NCBI GenBank assembly: GCA_013416795.1 | Contig: RQSC01000029.1 | Span: forward strand, 642,230-706,229 | DNA from: Prasinococcaceae sp. CCMP 1430 | Taxonomy: Eukaryota > Plantae > Prasinodermophyta | DNA length: 64,000 nucleotides | Direction: 5' to 3' | Shown here: in pieces, positions 22,623-33,921 of the stretch | Layout: every line of letters begins with the position of its first letter | How positions within the stretch are numbered: the stretch's first letter is position 1 | Program-made: the position numbers and the translations under genes | The notes under the pieces: generated by a model | What the model was told of the DNA's origin: nothing | The model's input: only the letters and a program-made list of their open reading frames with translations | The model's database searches: none

Positions 22623-23915
22623 TTACTGCTGCGCATCTGTGGTTGCTCCACTGTCAGGAGCCGCGGGTGCGTCCTCATCCGCCACCGCTGCACGCCCGGC
22701 TTGTTCCGTCCCAGCCGCGCATGCTGCGGCGAGCTCTTCGAAGCTCTCGTCGGCCTCCACACTGACGTCCGCAAGATCCGTACCGCTGTCCACGGACGCA
22801 GGTGTCGCGTCGTCCCGCGCATCAGCGCTCTCTCCCATCGAAGCCTTGGCGAGCGCGCCCGCATCCTCGTCAGCACCGCCCGAGGCCGTGCGCCTGCCGC
22901 GCTCACTGCCGCCCTCGATCCTCCGCATCGCAACGGCGAGCTCGTCCTGCAGCGAGCGCACGGACGCGCGCAGCTCGGCATTTTCCAACAACAGCTCCTC
23001 TTGCTTCCGCTCGTAGGTGCCCACGATCATGCGCCAGAAATCGGCGCTTTCCTTGGCGCCCGACTTTCCTGCCCACGCCCCGCGCGCACCGGCGCCGGCC
23101 GGCGAGCTCCCCGCACTGCCGCTCAGAGAGGGCGAGCCAGCTGTCGGCGCCGTACTCGGCGAGGCGTGCGGGAGCACGGGCGTCGCATTGCCACTCGGAT
23201 AGGGGCTGCCACCCGCTGTGCGCGTGCTGGGGCGCTCCTCTAGCAGGCTGGCGACCTTGGCCCGCAGCTTGTCGGCTTCGCGTTCGCGCCGGCGCAGCTC
23301 GTTCTGATACTGCGCGTCGCGGCGCTGCGCACCAACCGCGCCGGAGCGTGCCTCATCGCGCTCAGCGCGTGCCGCGCGCAGCGCTTCGGATGCGGCCGAC
23401 GCGGCCTTGCGCGCGCGGCCCTCGGCGGTGCCCAGTGCGCGCTCCTTGGCGTCCAGCTCGTGCTGCAGGCGCTCGCACCGCTGTTCCGCCAGCCGGCGGT
23501 CCGAGGCCAGCCGCGCGCGCGCCTCGGTCATCTCCGCACGCGCGGCCGCGTCTTCCCGATGCTGCTCGAGCAGGCTCGACACGACGTCGCACACGCGCTC
23601 GAGCGCGGCGGTGGGCTCTGCCTCCAGGTCCGCCATCGTCGGCAGCGCGCCGAATCCCTGGGCCTCGAGCGCGCGGCTCACGTAGGAAATCGACGCGCCG
23701 CCCGGCGCGGCGACGCCCTGCTGGGCGGCGGTCGCCGCACCCAAGGGGCCCGCGCTGCCGCATCCCTCCCCGCACGCGCCACTTATCCCTCCCACGCCCG
23801 CTGCACCGTCGCCGCGCCCCCCTCTACCCCCCGCCCTCGGGCCCACCAGGTGGTCCACGCCCAGCAGCGCCAGCATCTCCGCGCTGACGAGCCCGCCGTC
23901 CGCCGACGCCGCCAT
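22623..23915 (-). CDS. SSX2IP: Afadin/alpha-actinin-binding (ADIP/SSX2IP/Msd1) family coiled-coil protein
   Basis: SISYVSRALEAQGF...VCDVVSSLLEQHRED..., RRDAQYQNELRRREREADKLR, IVGTYERKQEELLLENAELRASVRSLQDEL. Confidence 0.8.
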   Translation of the reverse strand: MAASADGGLVSAEMLALLGVDHLVGPRAGGRGGRGDGAAGVGGISGACGEGCGSAGPLGAATAAQQGVAAPGGASISYVSRALEAQGFGALPTMADLEAEPTAALERVCDVVSSLLEQHREDAAARAEMTEARARLASDRRLAEQRCERLQHELDAKERALGTAEGRARKAASAASEALRAARAERDEARSGAVGAQRRDAQYQNELRRREREADKLRAKVASLLEERPSTRTAGGSPYPSGNATPVLPHASPSTAPTAGSPSLSGSAGSSPAGAGARGAWAGKSGAKESADFWRMIVGTYERKQEELLLENAELRASVRSLQDELAVAMRRIEGGSERGRRTASGGADEDAGALAKASMGESADARDDATPASVDSGTDLADVSVEADESFEELAAACAAGTEQAGRAAVADEDAPAAPDSGATTDAQQ

Positions 23916-24520
23916 CGCGCCGCGGCGCCGCGCGGAGCCCTCACTGCCTCTGACCGCGACTCGCTCGCGCCCCTGCCCCCCCCTACCCTCGCAGGGCGAG
24001 GAGGCCGCGTCCCCTCTCGCGTCCGAACGTGCGCCCGAACCTGCGCCCCGCGCCCGCCCGCGCGCGCGCGCTTTCGCCCCCACCGCAATTTCGCGCTCCG
24101 CGAATCTCCCTCCGCTTCCCCGCCTCCCCATTCCCGCGAACCTCCCAAGCGCCGACGCGTCCCGCGGAGTTTCCCCGCATACGACGCGCCCTCGGCGCTT
24201 TTTCGCGTTCGCGCGCGCGCTTCCCGCCGCCCCGGGCCCGATCGGAACCCGAGGTACGACCAGGTCTCAACTCCCCAGACCCGGTAGATCTTGAGCGAAA
24301 CGGGTCAGGCGATGTCACATCAGAAGATATACCGGGGTCACGCACCGCAACCCGGGGAACCGAGGTTCCGCGCGATGGTCCCGCATTTGCACGTGCGTTT
24401 TGATGGTGGAAATTGGGGCGCGTGCCCAATTGTGCGGGAGGGCCCGCGAGTTTGAAGCGAGGTCAAAACGCATGCGATCACGCGCGCGGCGCGGCGGGGC
24501 GCCACAGCCGCGCTCGCGCG

Positions 24521-24522
<2 letters not shown>

Positions 24523-24576
<54 letters not shown>
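24523..24576 (+). repeat. (CTG)18 microsatellite
   Basis: 18 perfect CTG units. Confidence 0.95.
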
Positions 24577-24577
<1 letters not shown>

Positions 24578-24909
24578 AAGGCTGCGCGGCGCGCGCGGCA
24601 CGCCGCTGGCGTGCTGCGCCAACCCAAAACAGTGGGCGCCGGCGCCTCTGGGAGGTCACAAGGGGGTGGGGGGGACGGGGGAAAAGGAAGCGGGGGGGGG
24701 GAGGCGACGGAGCGCGCTTTCCGCGTGCGCGTGCACCTGGCTGCAGCGTGGATTGTGCGCGTGGTGCGCGAGTGGATGCGGCTGACGCCTTGGCGCTGCG
24801 CGTGCTCTGTCCGCGCTTGCGCCGACCTGCTGCGGCCTGGTCGGCGATCGGTGCGCGCGGCTGCGGCGGGGTGCGCCACATTCCCGCGGGCGATACGGCG
24901 CGCGCGCAG

Positions 24910-25377
24910 ATGTCGCCCTCGCTCGTTTACCACCTGCTGAAGGTCCCGGAGAAGCGCATCGTCGGCCCTGGCGGCGCGGTGCTCAACCCGCGGCCCGTAG
25001 AGGCACCTGCGCGCAAAAGCGTCGAGCAGGCGCCGCTGTACACGCCGGCGTACGTGCAGCGACTACAGGCAACGGTCGAAGAGACAATTGCGCATTCGCG
25101 CGAGCTGCTGGCGAGGCTCAAGGATCAGCGCCAGCGCGTGGACGACATGGCCGACGAATTGCTGCGCGACGACGGCACGTTCGCGCCGCCGGCTGAGCCC
25201 GCATGCACGGACGAGCGCGCCGCGTGCATCGCGTGCTACGGCGAGCACATCGGCAACAGCAGTGTCCTCAAGTGCGCACCACAGGTCAAGGCGTTCTCAG
25301 AATGCGCGCTCAGGGTGCAGGAGGAATTTTTGCGCGCGCACACTCCAGCCGCCGCACCAGCTGCGGCGGCTCAATAG
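24910..25377 (+). CDS. Small protein with a C-terminal CHCH-like domain (MIC19/CHCHD3-like); true start uncertain
   Basis: CTDERAACIACYGEHIGNSSVLKCAPQVKAFSECALRV Cys pattern following a coiled coil. Confidence 0.6.
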   Translation: MSPSLVYHLLKVPEKRIVGPGGAVLNPRPVEAPARKSVEQAPLYTPAYVQRLQATVEETIAHSRELLARLKDQRQRVDDMADELLRDDGTFAPPAEPACTDERAACIACYGEHIGNSSVLKCAPQVKAFSECALRVQEEFLRAHTPAAAPAAAAQ

Positions 25378-25596
25378 CGCTGGCGGCGCGAGCGACCGCG
25401 CGAGAGCGCACGCCACGCACGGCCTTCATGGCCGCGCCTGCGTGCGTCGGGAGCATGTGCACGGAGGTCGACGAGTGGTCTGGCGCCTGCTCTATTCACT
25501 AATACTCGACATGGAATACATGTGCGATTGGATACATTATTGTACACACAAGATTGTCGCGGCTGCAGCGTGCGCGCGTGCCGTGCTCGCACGCGC

Positions 25597-27447
25597 TCAC
25601 ACACTCCGTCGTGCCTCGCGCGGCTGATGCCGCAGTCGCCACTTGGTCTGCAATCGCCATCGGCTCTTGTCGACCGCCGCGAGCTCTGTCTGCTTGCCGC
25701 CCGTGCACTCGGTGGCAAGCTCCGCCAGATAGCTCTGCAGTAGGAAGAGCTCGCTGTCGGTGCTTCGTCCGCCCTCGCTCGCGAGCGCGTGGTACGTGCC
25801 AACGCGTATGCCGCTGCTGGCGTTGAGGGCGAAGTTGCGAGCGTTGTCATCCACCATCACGCTCGTGTCACGAGAGTAGGAGCGCCCCAAGCTCGCGTGC
25901 GCCCAAACCACCTCGAGCGGCTTGCACGCGCACGCGGGCGCATGCCCCGTCTGCGCGGTGCTGTCGTGCGCCTCCGCTTGCGGTGGCACGGCCTCGCACA
26001 TCGCCTCGACGCCGAGCACGCACACGAAGCGCACATCGGTGCGCCCGAGCAGCCCGAGCGCGTGCAGCTTGGTCCACACAACATCACTGGGCGTTTGCGA
26101 CCACACGCCGAGGTCGAAGTGCAAGTTCGTGTTCCTAAGGAACTCCTCGAGTCCTGGCCTTGCTGCCGTCGCCGCCTCTGCCGCGTCCCCCCTCCAGCTG
26201 GCGTCCGCCAAGGTGCCGTCTATGTCGAGCACGCACAGCGGCATGCCCTCGCGTGGTGAGTGCAAACGCGAGTCCGTACCCGCATGTGCCACGAATTGCG
26301 CACACTCGCGCGCGTGCGACGCGAGTGCGGTAGGGCCCTCGGGGCTGCGCAGGTCAACGGGCTCGCGAGCGCGTGCGTGCGCACCGCGCGTCCCTGACGG
26401 CCTAGCCGTTGGCCGGCTCGAAGCGTGCGCGCCCGGGGAACGGCCGCTTGCGTTCCACACATTGTGCGGCGGCATTTGCGCAGTGTTTTCAGCTGCGTCT
26501 GCGTCGACTCCCCTCGCGATAGGGGTGCGACAAACGGGGCACTCTGCCGCAGCGCTGAGGCACACACGCGCGTGACAGTCTTCGCACATCACGCGGTGGC
26601 CGCACGCGCGTAGCGTCACAGTGGGCGCCAGGTCCATGCATATCACGCACGTGAGCTCCTCGCACCCGTCGTGTGCATCCGCGTGACGCGTGGTCTGACC
26701 ACCCCCCTGCTGCCTGTGGTCTTCCAACCGCGCGTCCACCAGCTTCTGGTACTTCGTGAGCGCGATGTCAAGTACCTCGAGCGCGCCAAATAGCGCTTCC
26801 ACGTCTGCGGGAGCCACAGCGTCAGCGGCGCCACCACCACCGATAGCGGCGTGGCGGAGCACCTCCTGGGCCCCCGCACAACTTGTCGCCAGATCGCGTA
26901 TGAGCGAGTCAGCTCCTCCGCCCCCACCCGCGCCAGCGCACACGCCATCGCTCGCGTGCACACCGGGCACGCTTGTCGCGCGCCGACGCTCGAACTCCGA
27001 CTCAAGGACCTCGCTCAACACCTCGGCGTAGCCGCGCGCGTCGCGGATGGTCGAACGGAAAGCTGACTTGCCGTGCGCCGTTGCGCGCGCATGTGTGTTG
27101 CTACCCTCCTCTTCCCAGCGCGCATGTGTCCCGCCCTCCGCTGGGGGCGTCCCCGGCCACAAGGGCGCGGAGGGCCCTGCGGGCGTCGACGGCGACGACG
27201 GCAGGCTTAGCGAGCGCGGTAGCGCTGTGGCATCCATCGAGGGCGGTCGCAGAGACACACTCGCGAGCGGATCATCTCTGTCGCCACCCACAACATCAAC
27301 CTCAACAGCCACGAACACGTCGTCAAGGGAGGTGGCAGCGCATGCACGTGGGCGCGGGTGCGGGAACATGGGCGAAGTGAAGCCCTGATCGTCGCGCGCT
27401 CCCCCGCGCGGGTATGCACGTGCGGAAGAAAAGGAGACCGAGCCCCC

Positions 27448-27479
<32 letters not shown>

Positions 27480-28128
27480 CCCCGCCGCCGCTGCCGCCGC
27501 TGCCCCCGCCGCCGCTGCCGCCACCGACCCTGCCGCCACCGTCGCTGTCGCCACCGCCGCTGCCACTTGCGTTCCCCACCACACCACGCAGACCGCTCAC
27601 GTCTTGCACATTTCCTCCGTCTGTCTCGCGCGCCCACAAGCTCAGTTGCTCGCCCGCGAGTACACGTGGGTGCGGGAAGTGCACGTCGTTCTGCGCGTGC
27701 ATGTGCACGTAGACCTCGACAAGCGGGCCGAGCGGCTCTCCGGAGTGTTGCGCGCACTCAGCCCAGGCACGAACGAGCGCGAGGCAGCCAGCGAACGCCG
27801 CGTCGCGCCCCTCACCCCCGCCGCGTGCGCCCTCCTTGAGAAAGCGTAGCGAGTTGAGGCCATGGAGCAACGGGTCGAGCAGCGCGCGCTCGCATGCGGC
27901 TGCGCGTAGCCGCGGTCCGCCGCGCGCGAGGCAGGCGTCCAGCGCGACGAACGCCGCGTACGTCGCGCGCGCTCCCCTACCGCGCCGCTTGGCGCGCGCA
28001 CCGAGCGCCGCGACACACGCATGCGGGTCCGCTCGCGCCAGCTGCAGGAGGCGCTGGCCCGCGGACGACTGGAGCTCGAAGCAGTCGCCGAGCGTCGCCT
28101 CCGCCACGATGCGCTCGGCGACCTTCAT
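25597..28128 (-). CDS. Multidomain protein: VHS, GAT, RING finger and FCP1/UBLCP1-like HAD phosphatase (843 aa)
   Basis: One uninterrupted frame. VHS-like ~28128-27700; GAT-like ~27060-26750; RING CVICMD...CGHRVMCEDC...CPVCR ~26650-26530; HAD LCVLDIDGTL...RPGLEEFL...DLGVWS...KPL...VMVDD...NF. Confidence 0.8.
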
Positions 28129-28473
28129 CGCCGCGCAGGCGCGCGCGGGCGGGAGGGCGCGGGGGGCGGGCGGATGGGTGTGATGCCGCCCGCCCCGCCC
28201 GAGCGCGCGCGCCGCCGCGCGCGCTCTGACAGCACCCGCGCTACGACGCCAACCGTCACATCGCCCCCCACCCGCGCCCACCCAAAAAACAAGCGTGCGC
28301 TCTCGCCTGCGCCACATTTCACGCGCGGTGCGCGGGAGCGCGTGCGCCCGGCGCCCAGGCGCCGTGGCCACGCCGAGCGCCGACGAGGAGCCCGCCGTGC
28401 CGAGCATCTGTGGGGAGTCGGGCGGGCGGTCGGCAGGGGCAGTCCAGGCTCGGGCGCGAGCGCGTCGCTGACG

Positions 28474-28991
28474 ATGGCGGCGCCGCGGGGGTCGCTGGGC
28501 GAGGACTTGGCTGCGCAGCCCGAGGAGGCGCCAGTGCTACCTGTGGCGGCGGCCATGGCGGCGGCGCAAAGGGCGCTGGGCGACGCGGTGCATGCAGATG
28601 CCCGTGCTGCGTACGCCACGCAGCGCGCGCTCGAGGAGGAGTGCCGCGAAGCACGTGACGCTGCGAGGCGCTTCGCAGCAGCGGCTGCGCGCTGGCGGAA
28701 GGTAACGCACTGCTCAGAGCGCTGAGGCGCGTGCGTCGATGCAAGCGTGCGCCTGTATACTTACATAGTCTCCCCCGCACTCCCACGCGCGCGTTGTCCC
28801 TCTGATCCCCACGCCATCCCACATCTCCTCTCTCTCAGGAGGTGGGCCAGTTCGACGCCGCGCTGCGCACGATGGGCGACGTGGACAACTGGGCAGCGTG
28901 CGTGGCGGCTGACGTAGCGACCGTCGCGAAGACGCTCGAGAAAGTCGCCGCGAAGAATGCAGATGCGGGAGGCTCACTGGGCCGACAATAA
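28474..28991 (+). CDS. BLOS1: BLOC-1 subunit 1 (BLOS1/GCN5L1); intron 28702-28838
   Basis: AYATQRALEEECR...RWRK|EVGQFDAALRTMGDVDNWAACVAADVATVAKTLE. Confidence 0.85.
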
Positions 28992-29130
28992 GTCCATAAT
29001 ATTTTGCGCGAGCGACCGCGCATGCCAGCTAGGGGCGTGCGCAGCGCGAGAGGCAGCGCGCCGAGACTGTCGCAAATAATTGCACGTGGTTTGTAGATAC
29101 TGTAGAGACATCAACCAACGCGGCTCGTGA

Positions 29131-30900
29131 TTACACCGCACCTAGCAGAATGAGCCCGCCCAGCAGGCCTAGCGCCCCCGTGAGCGCAAACGCAGACCAA
29201 GCGTCGCCTCTGTTGCCTCCAGCTTGGGGCTGCCCGGCCCCGACGGCGGCGCCGGCCGGGGCAGCGGCGTCGCGGGGCAGCAGCGGTGTTTTCCCCGTCT
29301 TCGAGGAGGCAAGCGACCCAGAACCCATCGGCAGCATGCCAACGCGCCCCGACTCCGATCTCGGCATCAGCGCGAAACTTTCTACCGAGCGCAGCGCTCT
29401 GCCTCGCGTGGCGTTTTCCAGCCTGAAGAGCACCCACACGCCGCGCCGCGCGATCTCTGTCGCCTGCAGCGCCATCGAGATACTCCGCGTAGATGCACCG
29501 AGGAGGTCGGGAGGCAGGACCCAGACCAGCCACGCGTATCGTGCCACTGCATTCCACACAAGTGCGAGCCTAAAGGCCGGGCGCGAAAAGTGCCCCAGGG
29601 TGGAGCGGAGCCTCCACGCGAACAGTCCGCCGCCGAAATCCACACAGTCCCAGTCGAAGCGCACGTCCCACAGGCAGGCATACGTCGAGGCGAGCGCTGC
29701 CGCTGCCACCCAGAGCTTGAATACGTGTGGTGCCTTCGGACTGCCTGCCATCGCGAGCCTCGCGTACTCCGCCTGCAACGCCCCGCGGGGGAACGCGCAG
29801 CAGTACTTCAGCGCATTGAAGAACGGCACGTACTCGCGGTCGTCCCGGCACTGACGCGCGCACTGCGCCAGCCGTATGGCGAAGGGCCACATCAGGAACA
29901 GCGCTGCCACACCCAGCGGGGGATGCAAACACATCCGCGCCCCTTCGCTGGCACCCATGAAGGGTGCCAACACCCATCCGCCCACACTCGCCACGAACGG
30001 CTGCAAGAGTGTGCACAGAGCGAGGGGGGCGTCATGAAAGGCCCCCGCGAGGCTTGTCAGGACATCCGCGAGAATGCCGTCCGCGAAGTGCGTAGGCACG
30101 AAAGGCGAGGCGACGCATCGTGCCAGCGACTTGCCGAGAGCGCGCAGGCGCACGGAGGTCTCGGCGCACATTGCCGCAGATACCACGATTCCCACCGGCA
30201 AGGCCACTACAGTCACGAGCTGCAGCACGCTGGCCTGCTGTTGTGACCATAGATTCAGGCCTACCATGTCTTCGCATCCAAGGATGACTCCCACGGCACA
30301 TGTCCACGTCGAGGCCGCCACCAGTGCAAGGCGCATCGCATGCACATGCTCTGCGTTGCCGGCGCCGGGGTACGAGCTGCGAAGTGCCGCTTCGGCGTCG
30401 AGCCGTGCCGAATGCATCGCCAACTGCGCCGCGCCCCACGCCGCGAGCATGAGCACACACATCGCTGGCGGTCGAAGAGCGCTGTCGAATCGCCTGAGAG
30501 CTGCGTCTTCGCGCGCCACCGACGCGAGGTACGCTTCGGACAAACCTCCGGCGTGCTGTTGCGCTGCGCGCTGCGCGGCGGCGGCGGCCTGTTGGGACAG
30601 GGCGTGACTAGCGTCTGCAGCCAGCAGCAGCGATGCCGCTGACGCCCCCTCGTGCGCCGCAGCGTCTCTGGGAAGCGCCGGCCCCCCGCCGGCACCCTCA
30701 GACGCCACGCGCAGCCCCAGCGCAAAGGCGATGCGCGCCGCCGCCGCGAGCGGCGCGAGGCGTCCCCCTGCCGCCCGCACTGCCGCTGCCACCGCCGCAG
30801 CCACCCGCCGCCCGCCGCCGGGCACCCGCGCCCCGCCCGCCGAGGACGGGAGGACGACGAAGAATGCCGCGCCGGCCGCCCAACAAAAACCCGCGCCCAC
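29131..30900 (-). CDS. EXS-domain (ERD1/XPR1/SYG1/PHO1) membrane protein; 5' end unresolved
   Basis: SPFVPTHFADGILADVLTS, RLAQCARQ, FNALKY, WDVRFDW, EIARRGVWVLFRLEN; multiple hydrophobic segments. Confidence 0.88.
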   Translation of the reverse strand: MGAGFCWAAGAAFFVVLPSSAGGARVPGGGRRVAAAVAAAVRAAGGRLAPLAAAARIAFALGLRVASEGAGGGPALPRDAAAHEGASAASLLLAADASHALSQQAAAAAQRAAQQHAGGLSEAYLASVAREDAALRRFDSALRPPAMCVLMLAAWGAAQLAMHSARLDAEAALRSSYPGAGNAEHVHAMRLALVAASTWTCAVGVILGCEDMVGLNLWSQQQASVLQLVTVVALPVGIVVSAAMCAETSVRLRALGKSLARCVASPFVPTHFADGILADVLTSLAGAFHDAPLALCTLLQPFVASVGGWVLAPFMGASEGARMCLHPPLGVAALFLMWPFAIRLAQCARQCRDDREYVPFFNALKYCCAFPRGALQAEYARLAMAGSPKAPHVFKLWVAAAALASTYACLWDVRFDWDCVDFGGGLFAWRLRSTLGHFSRPAFRLALVWNAVARYAWLVWVLPPDLLGASTRSISMALQATEIARRGVWVLFRLENATRGRALRSVESFALMPRSESGRVGMLPMGSGSLASSKTGKTPLLPRDAAAPAGAAVGAGQPQAGGNRGDAWSAFALTGALGLLGGLILLGAV

Positions 30901-31521
30901 GCCGCCCGCGCTCCCTCTGGCACCGCGGGCGGACCTCCCAACACCCAGGCCGCCCCTCCCCCGCGCCCCGCGCGGCGCAGCTCAGTGTTGCCAACGCTGG
31001 CGCGCAGTCCGTCCGATATGCAAATGCGTTTTGATATCTGCATTGCATTATGATATGCGCTATCCGACATGGCTCGGGGCCTGCGCTGCTTGGCGCGCAT
31101 TCGATCAGACCTTCCCGCACGCTCGTATCATGTCTCATTGGATGTGTGCTGTGACATTCATTTCGATATGAGATTTCACGCACACAATGACTCCGATGTG
31201 CCGCGCTGTGGTGTGCTGCGCGCAGGCGATTGATTGGATTGCGGGATGAGCGCGGGCGAAGGTGGGGGAGGTGTGTGTGGGTGTGTGTGTGGTGTGGTGC
31301 TGGGCGCCTCAGGCTCGCGTGCCGTGCCGGGCGGCGCCACAGCCCGCGCGGGGTGCGCGGGCGAAGGCGGGGGTAGGTAGGTAGGAGGTAGGTGGGGGGC
31401 GCGGCGGCGGTGGAGGCTGCGGCGGTGCCGATGGCGGCCGCGATCGTGCGGGCGTCGGCGGTCGGCGGCGGGCGGGGAGACGCGCGCGCGCCGGCTCCGC
31501 GGGCGCATTTTGCGCGCAGCA

Positions 31522-33411
31522 ATGTCGGCTGCGGGCGCTGGGGACGCGGACGCGGGCAGCGAGTCTCGCGAGCGCGCAGGGAGGGCGACGACCAAGCGCG
31601 CGCGGTTGCCGATGCGGATGGGCGCCCGTTTCGCACGGGCGTGCTGGCGGTGGGTGCTCGGCGGGCTCGCTGGCGGCGGGGCAGCTCTGGAGGGCGCGTG
31701 GCGATTCGCCGGGCAGCACCCTGAGGACGCGATCCTGAGCCCCATCACGCTCGCGGCGGCGCTTGTCGCGCGCCGACGCTGGCTGCACGGCAGGCATCGT
31801 GAGCAAGAAGACGCACGACGCGTGGCATGTATGGACGAGGATGACAACAACAGCCGGGGAGCTGCGGCAATGTTCGTTAACGGCCCTGGCGCGCTCAGAC
31901 TTAGGGGCAGTCGCAGCGTCGGCGCTCTCACCGGACACCGCCATCATCGTTCCGGCGGCAGCAGCAGCTCGCTCGAGTCATACCCTGACGATGCCAACGC
32001 AGTAGCAACAGGGACGTTCCCGAGGCCAGCGATGGCATCGAGGAGAGCGCTCAGTGCTGGCAGCCTGGCCACGCGCACACGACAGGGACTTGAAGGCCGC
32101 GCGGGCGCATCGACAGCAGGCGACGGCGAGCACGAGGGCTCTGATACCGACACCGCATCGAGCGCGACAAGGGGGGCACTCGCGCACTGGCCGAACCATC
32201 CAGTGATGATCGTAGATGCAGGCAACGATCGCGCGATCCGACACTCGACCCACGGCAACGTAGGCGCGAGCGGCGCTGGTGAACCGATTAGCGGCTCAGA
32301 TACAGAATCCGAGCACTTGGCACAGCCTGAGCAGCGGCACCTCCCTCATGGGCTCCCCTTCGCTTTCGAGACAGATATTTTTAGTGGGCAAGCCGTGATA
32401 TATCTCCGCGGCGTCCCAAGCGATGACGAGGATGCCAATGCTGCATACTTTGCGGGGCGCAAGCGCACGTACGCGTACCGAGTGCAGGGGCGTTTCAAGC
32501 GGCGCTGCCGCGGGGACGAGCTGCTCTCTGGCTACGCTTATCAACGCGGCTTCACGGATATGCCAGCGCCCTGGCTGGTGGCAGTGGGGTGCACATTGAT
32601 TGCCCGCCTTGTGCCAGGCGTGTCATTCAACCTCAATGGAGCAACGCCGCACATACTCGGGCGGCTCGGGGCGACCGTGCAGCGCATGTCAGTTGACGTG
32701 CCTGGCGACGAGCCGGACCTTGCATCTCACGAGGTGCATGAAAAGTGCGCTCTCCTTGGTGGAGAGTTTGCGCGCAATGGGGCATCTACCGGCCCGCGCC
32801 AGGCGCGCCTCCGGAAGAAATTGTTCTCGACTGACGCTGCCGCGGAGTATTTTTTCTCTCCAGAAGTGCGTCAGACAGGCATGGCTCTGACTTCGCCAAT
32901 GGCGCTTCCTCGCTAATGGCGCTTCCTCGCTCACCGCTGCGAGTTGTGCGCGGCGGCGACTACGCACGTCTAGTTGTTTGCCTGTGGCTCCTTAGCGTGG
33001 CGTAGCGCACTTTTTAGCACGCAACTGACGCCTGCCGAATCTCGATGTGCTTGCCTGCCGATGTCTGCCATACACTATCGACTGCGCTGCGTCCACATAC
33101 CGGCGACCACGTGACCCTTCTGTGCGCAGCACGTCTACACATTTGATGTGTACAACAACAACCTGTCCTTCACGCCGTCCGTGGAACTCTCGCTCGGCGG
33201 CGGGATGGTTCGGCTCGACCTGGCCCATCGTCTCAATCACCAGCCAGTCCAAGTGCTGGCGTTGTACGCGCAGCGGCCCGACTCCGGCGCGGTCGTTCGT
33301 GTCGGCGCCACCGCGGATGCGAACTGGGAGGCGCTGTGGGACTGGGAGCTGTGGCATGCCGACTTGCTCCTGCCGAGAGCCGCGGAGCGCGATGGCGCGG
33401 GCGACTACTGA
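31522..33411 (+). CDS. DUF1769-domain protein; intron 32866-33129
   Basis: PFAFETDIFSGQAVIYLR...YFAGRKRTYAYRVQGRFK; last exon HVYTFDVY...LDLAHRLNHQPVQVLA. Confidence 0.75.
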
Positions 33412-33921
33412 CAAGACCAGACCCGCGCATGCCTATGGACGCCCGGCCGCGGGCGCGAGCTCTCGACTCGACAAGATGGCCAACATCGAAGCTCTCGCGC
33501 CACCTCTCTAGAGTTAGCTAGCCAGTTGCCACGACGCCACATGACTGAAATGCTGTCTGATGTGCAGGCGGTGCATTTTACCACCCTTTCGGACGCGACG
33601 AGGGCGACCCGCGCCACACAGCGCACCGGGCGGGGCGCCAACCTGCGCGCGTGCGGGCGCGGGCGTGGGAAACCCAGGAGGGGTGGCAAAGCCTTGCCTC
33701 CCGTGGACCAGAGCCCTGCGTGCGCCGCGCCACTCTGCGCTGCGCGCGACACGGCCCGCGGCGCGCGCCGGGCGACGCGAGCAGCGCGCCGCTGTGCGCT
33801 TCGTGCTGGCACGTGGACACGTTCGCGCGCGAGGGTGCACCCCACTCCGCTGTCCTGTAGCTCTGTTGCGAACGCACGCGCGCGCGCGTGCCCGCGGAGC
33901 GGCGCTCGTGTGTGGTGCGTC

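Noticed and set aside
27446-27570. GCC/GCT-rich repeat array
   Set aside because: Encodes the Gly/Ser linker of the VHS-GAT-RING-HAD protein; ordinary coding low complexity.
32898-32931. 17-bp tandem duplication AATGGCGCTTCCTCGCT x2
   Set aside because: Adjacent copies inside an intron with nothing between them; a slippage duplication, not a target-site duplication around an element.
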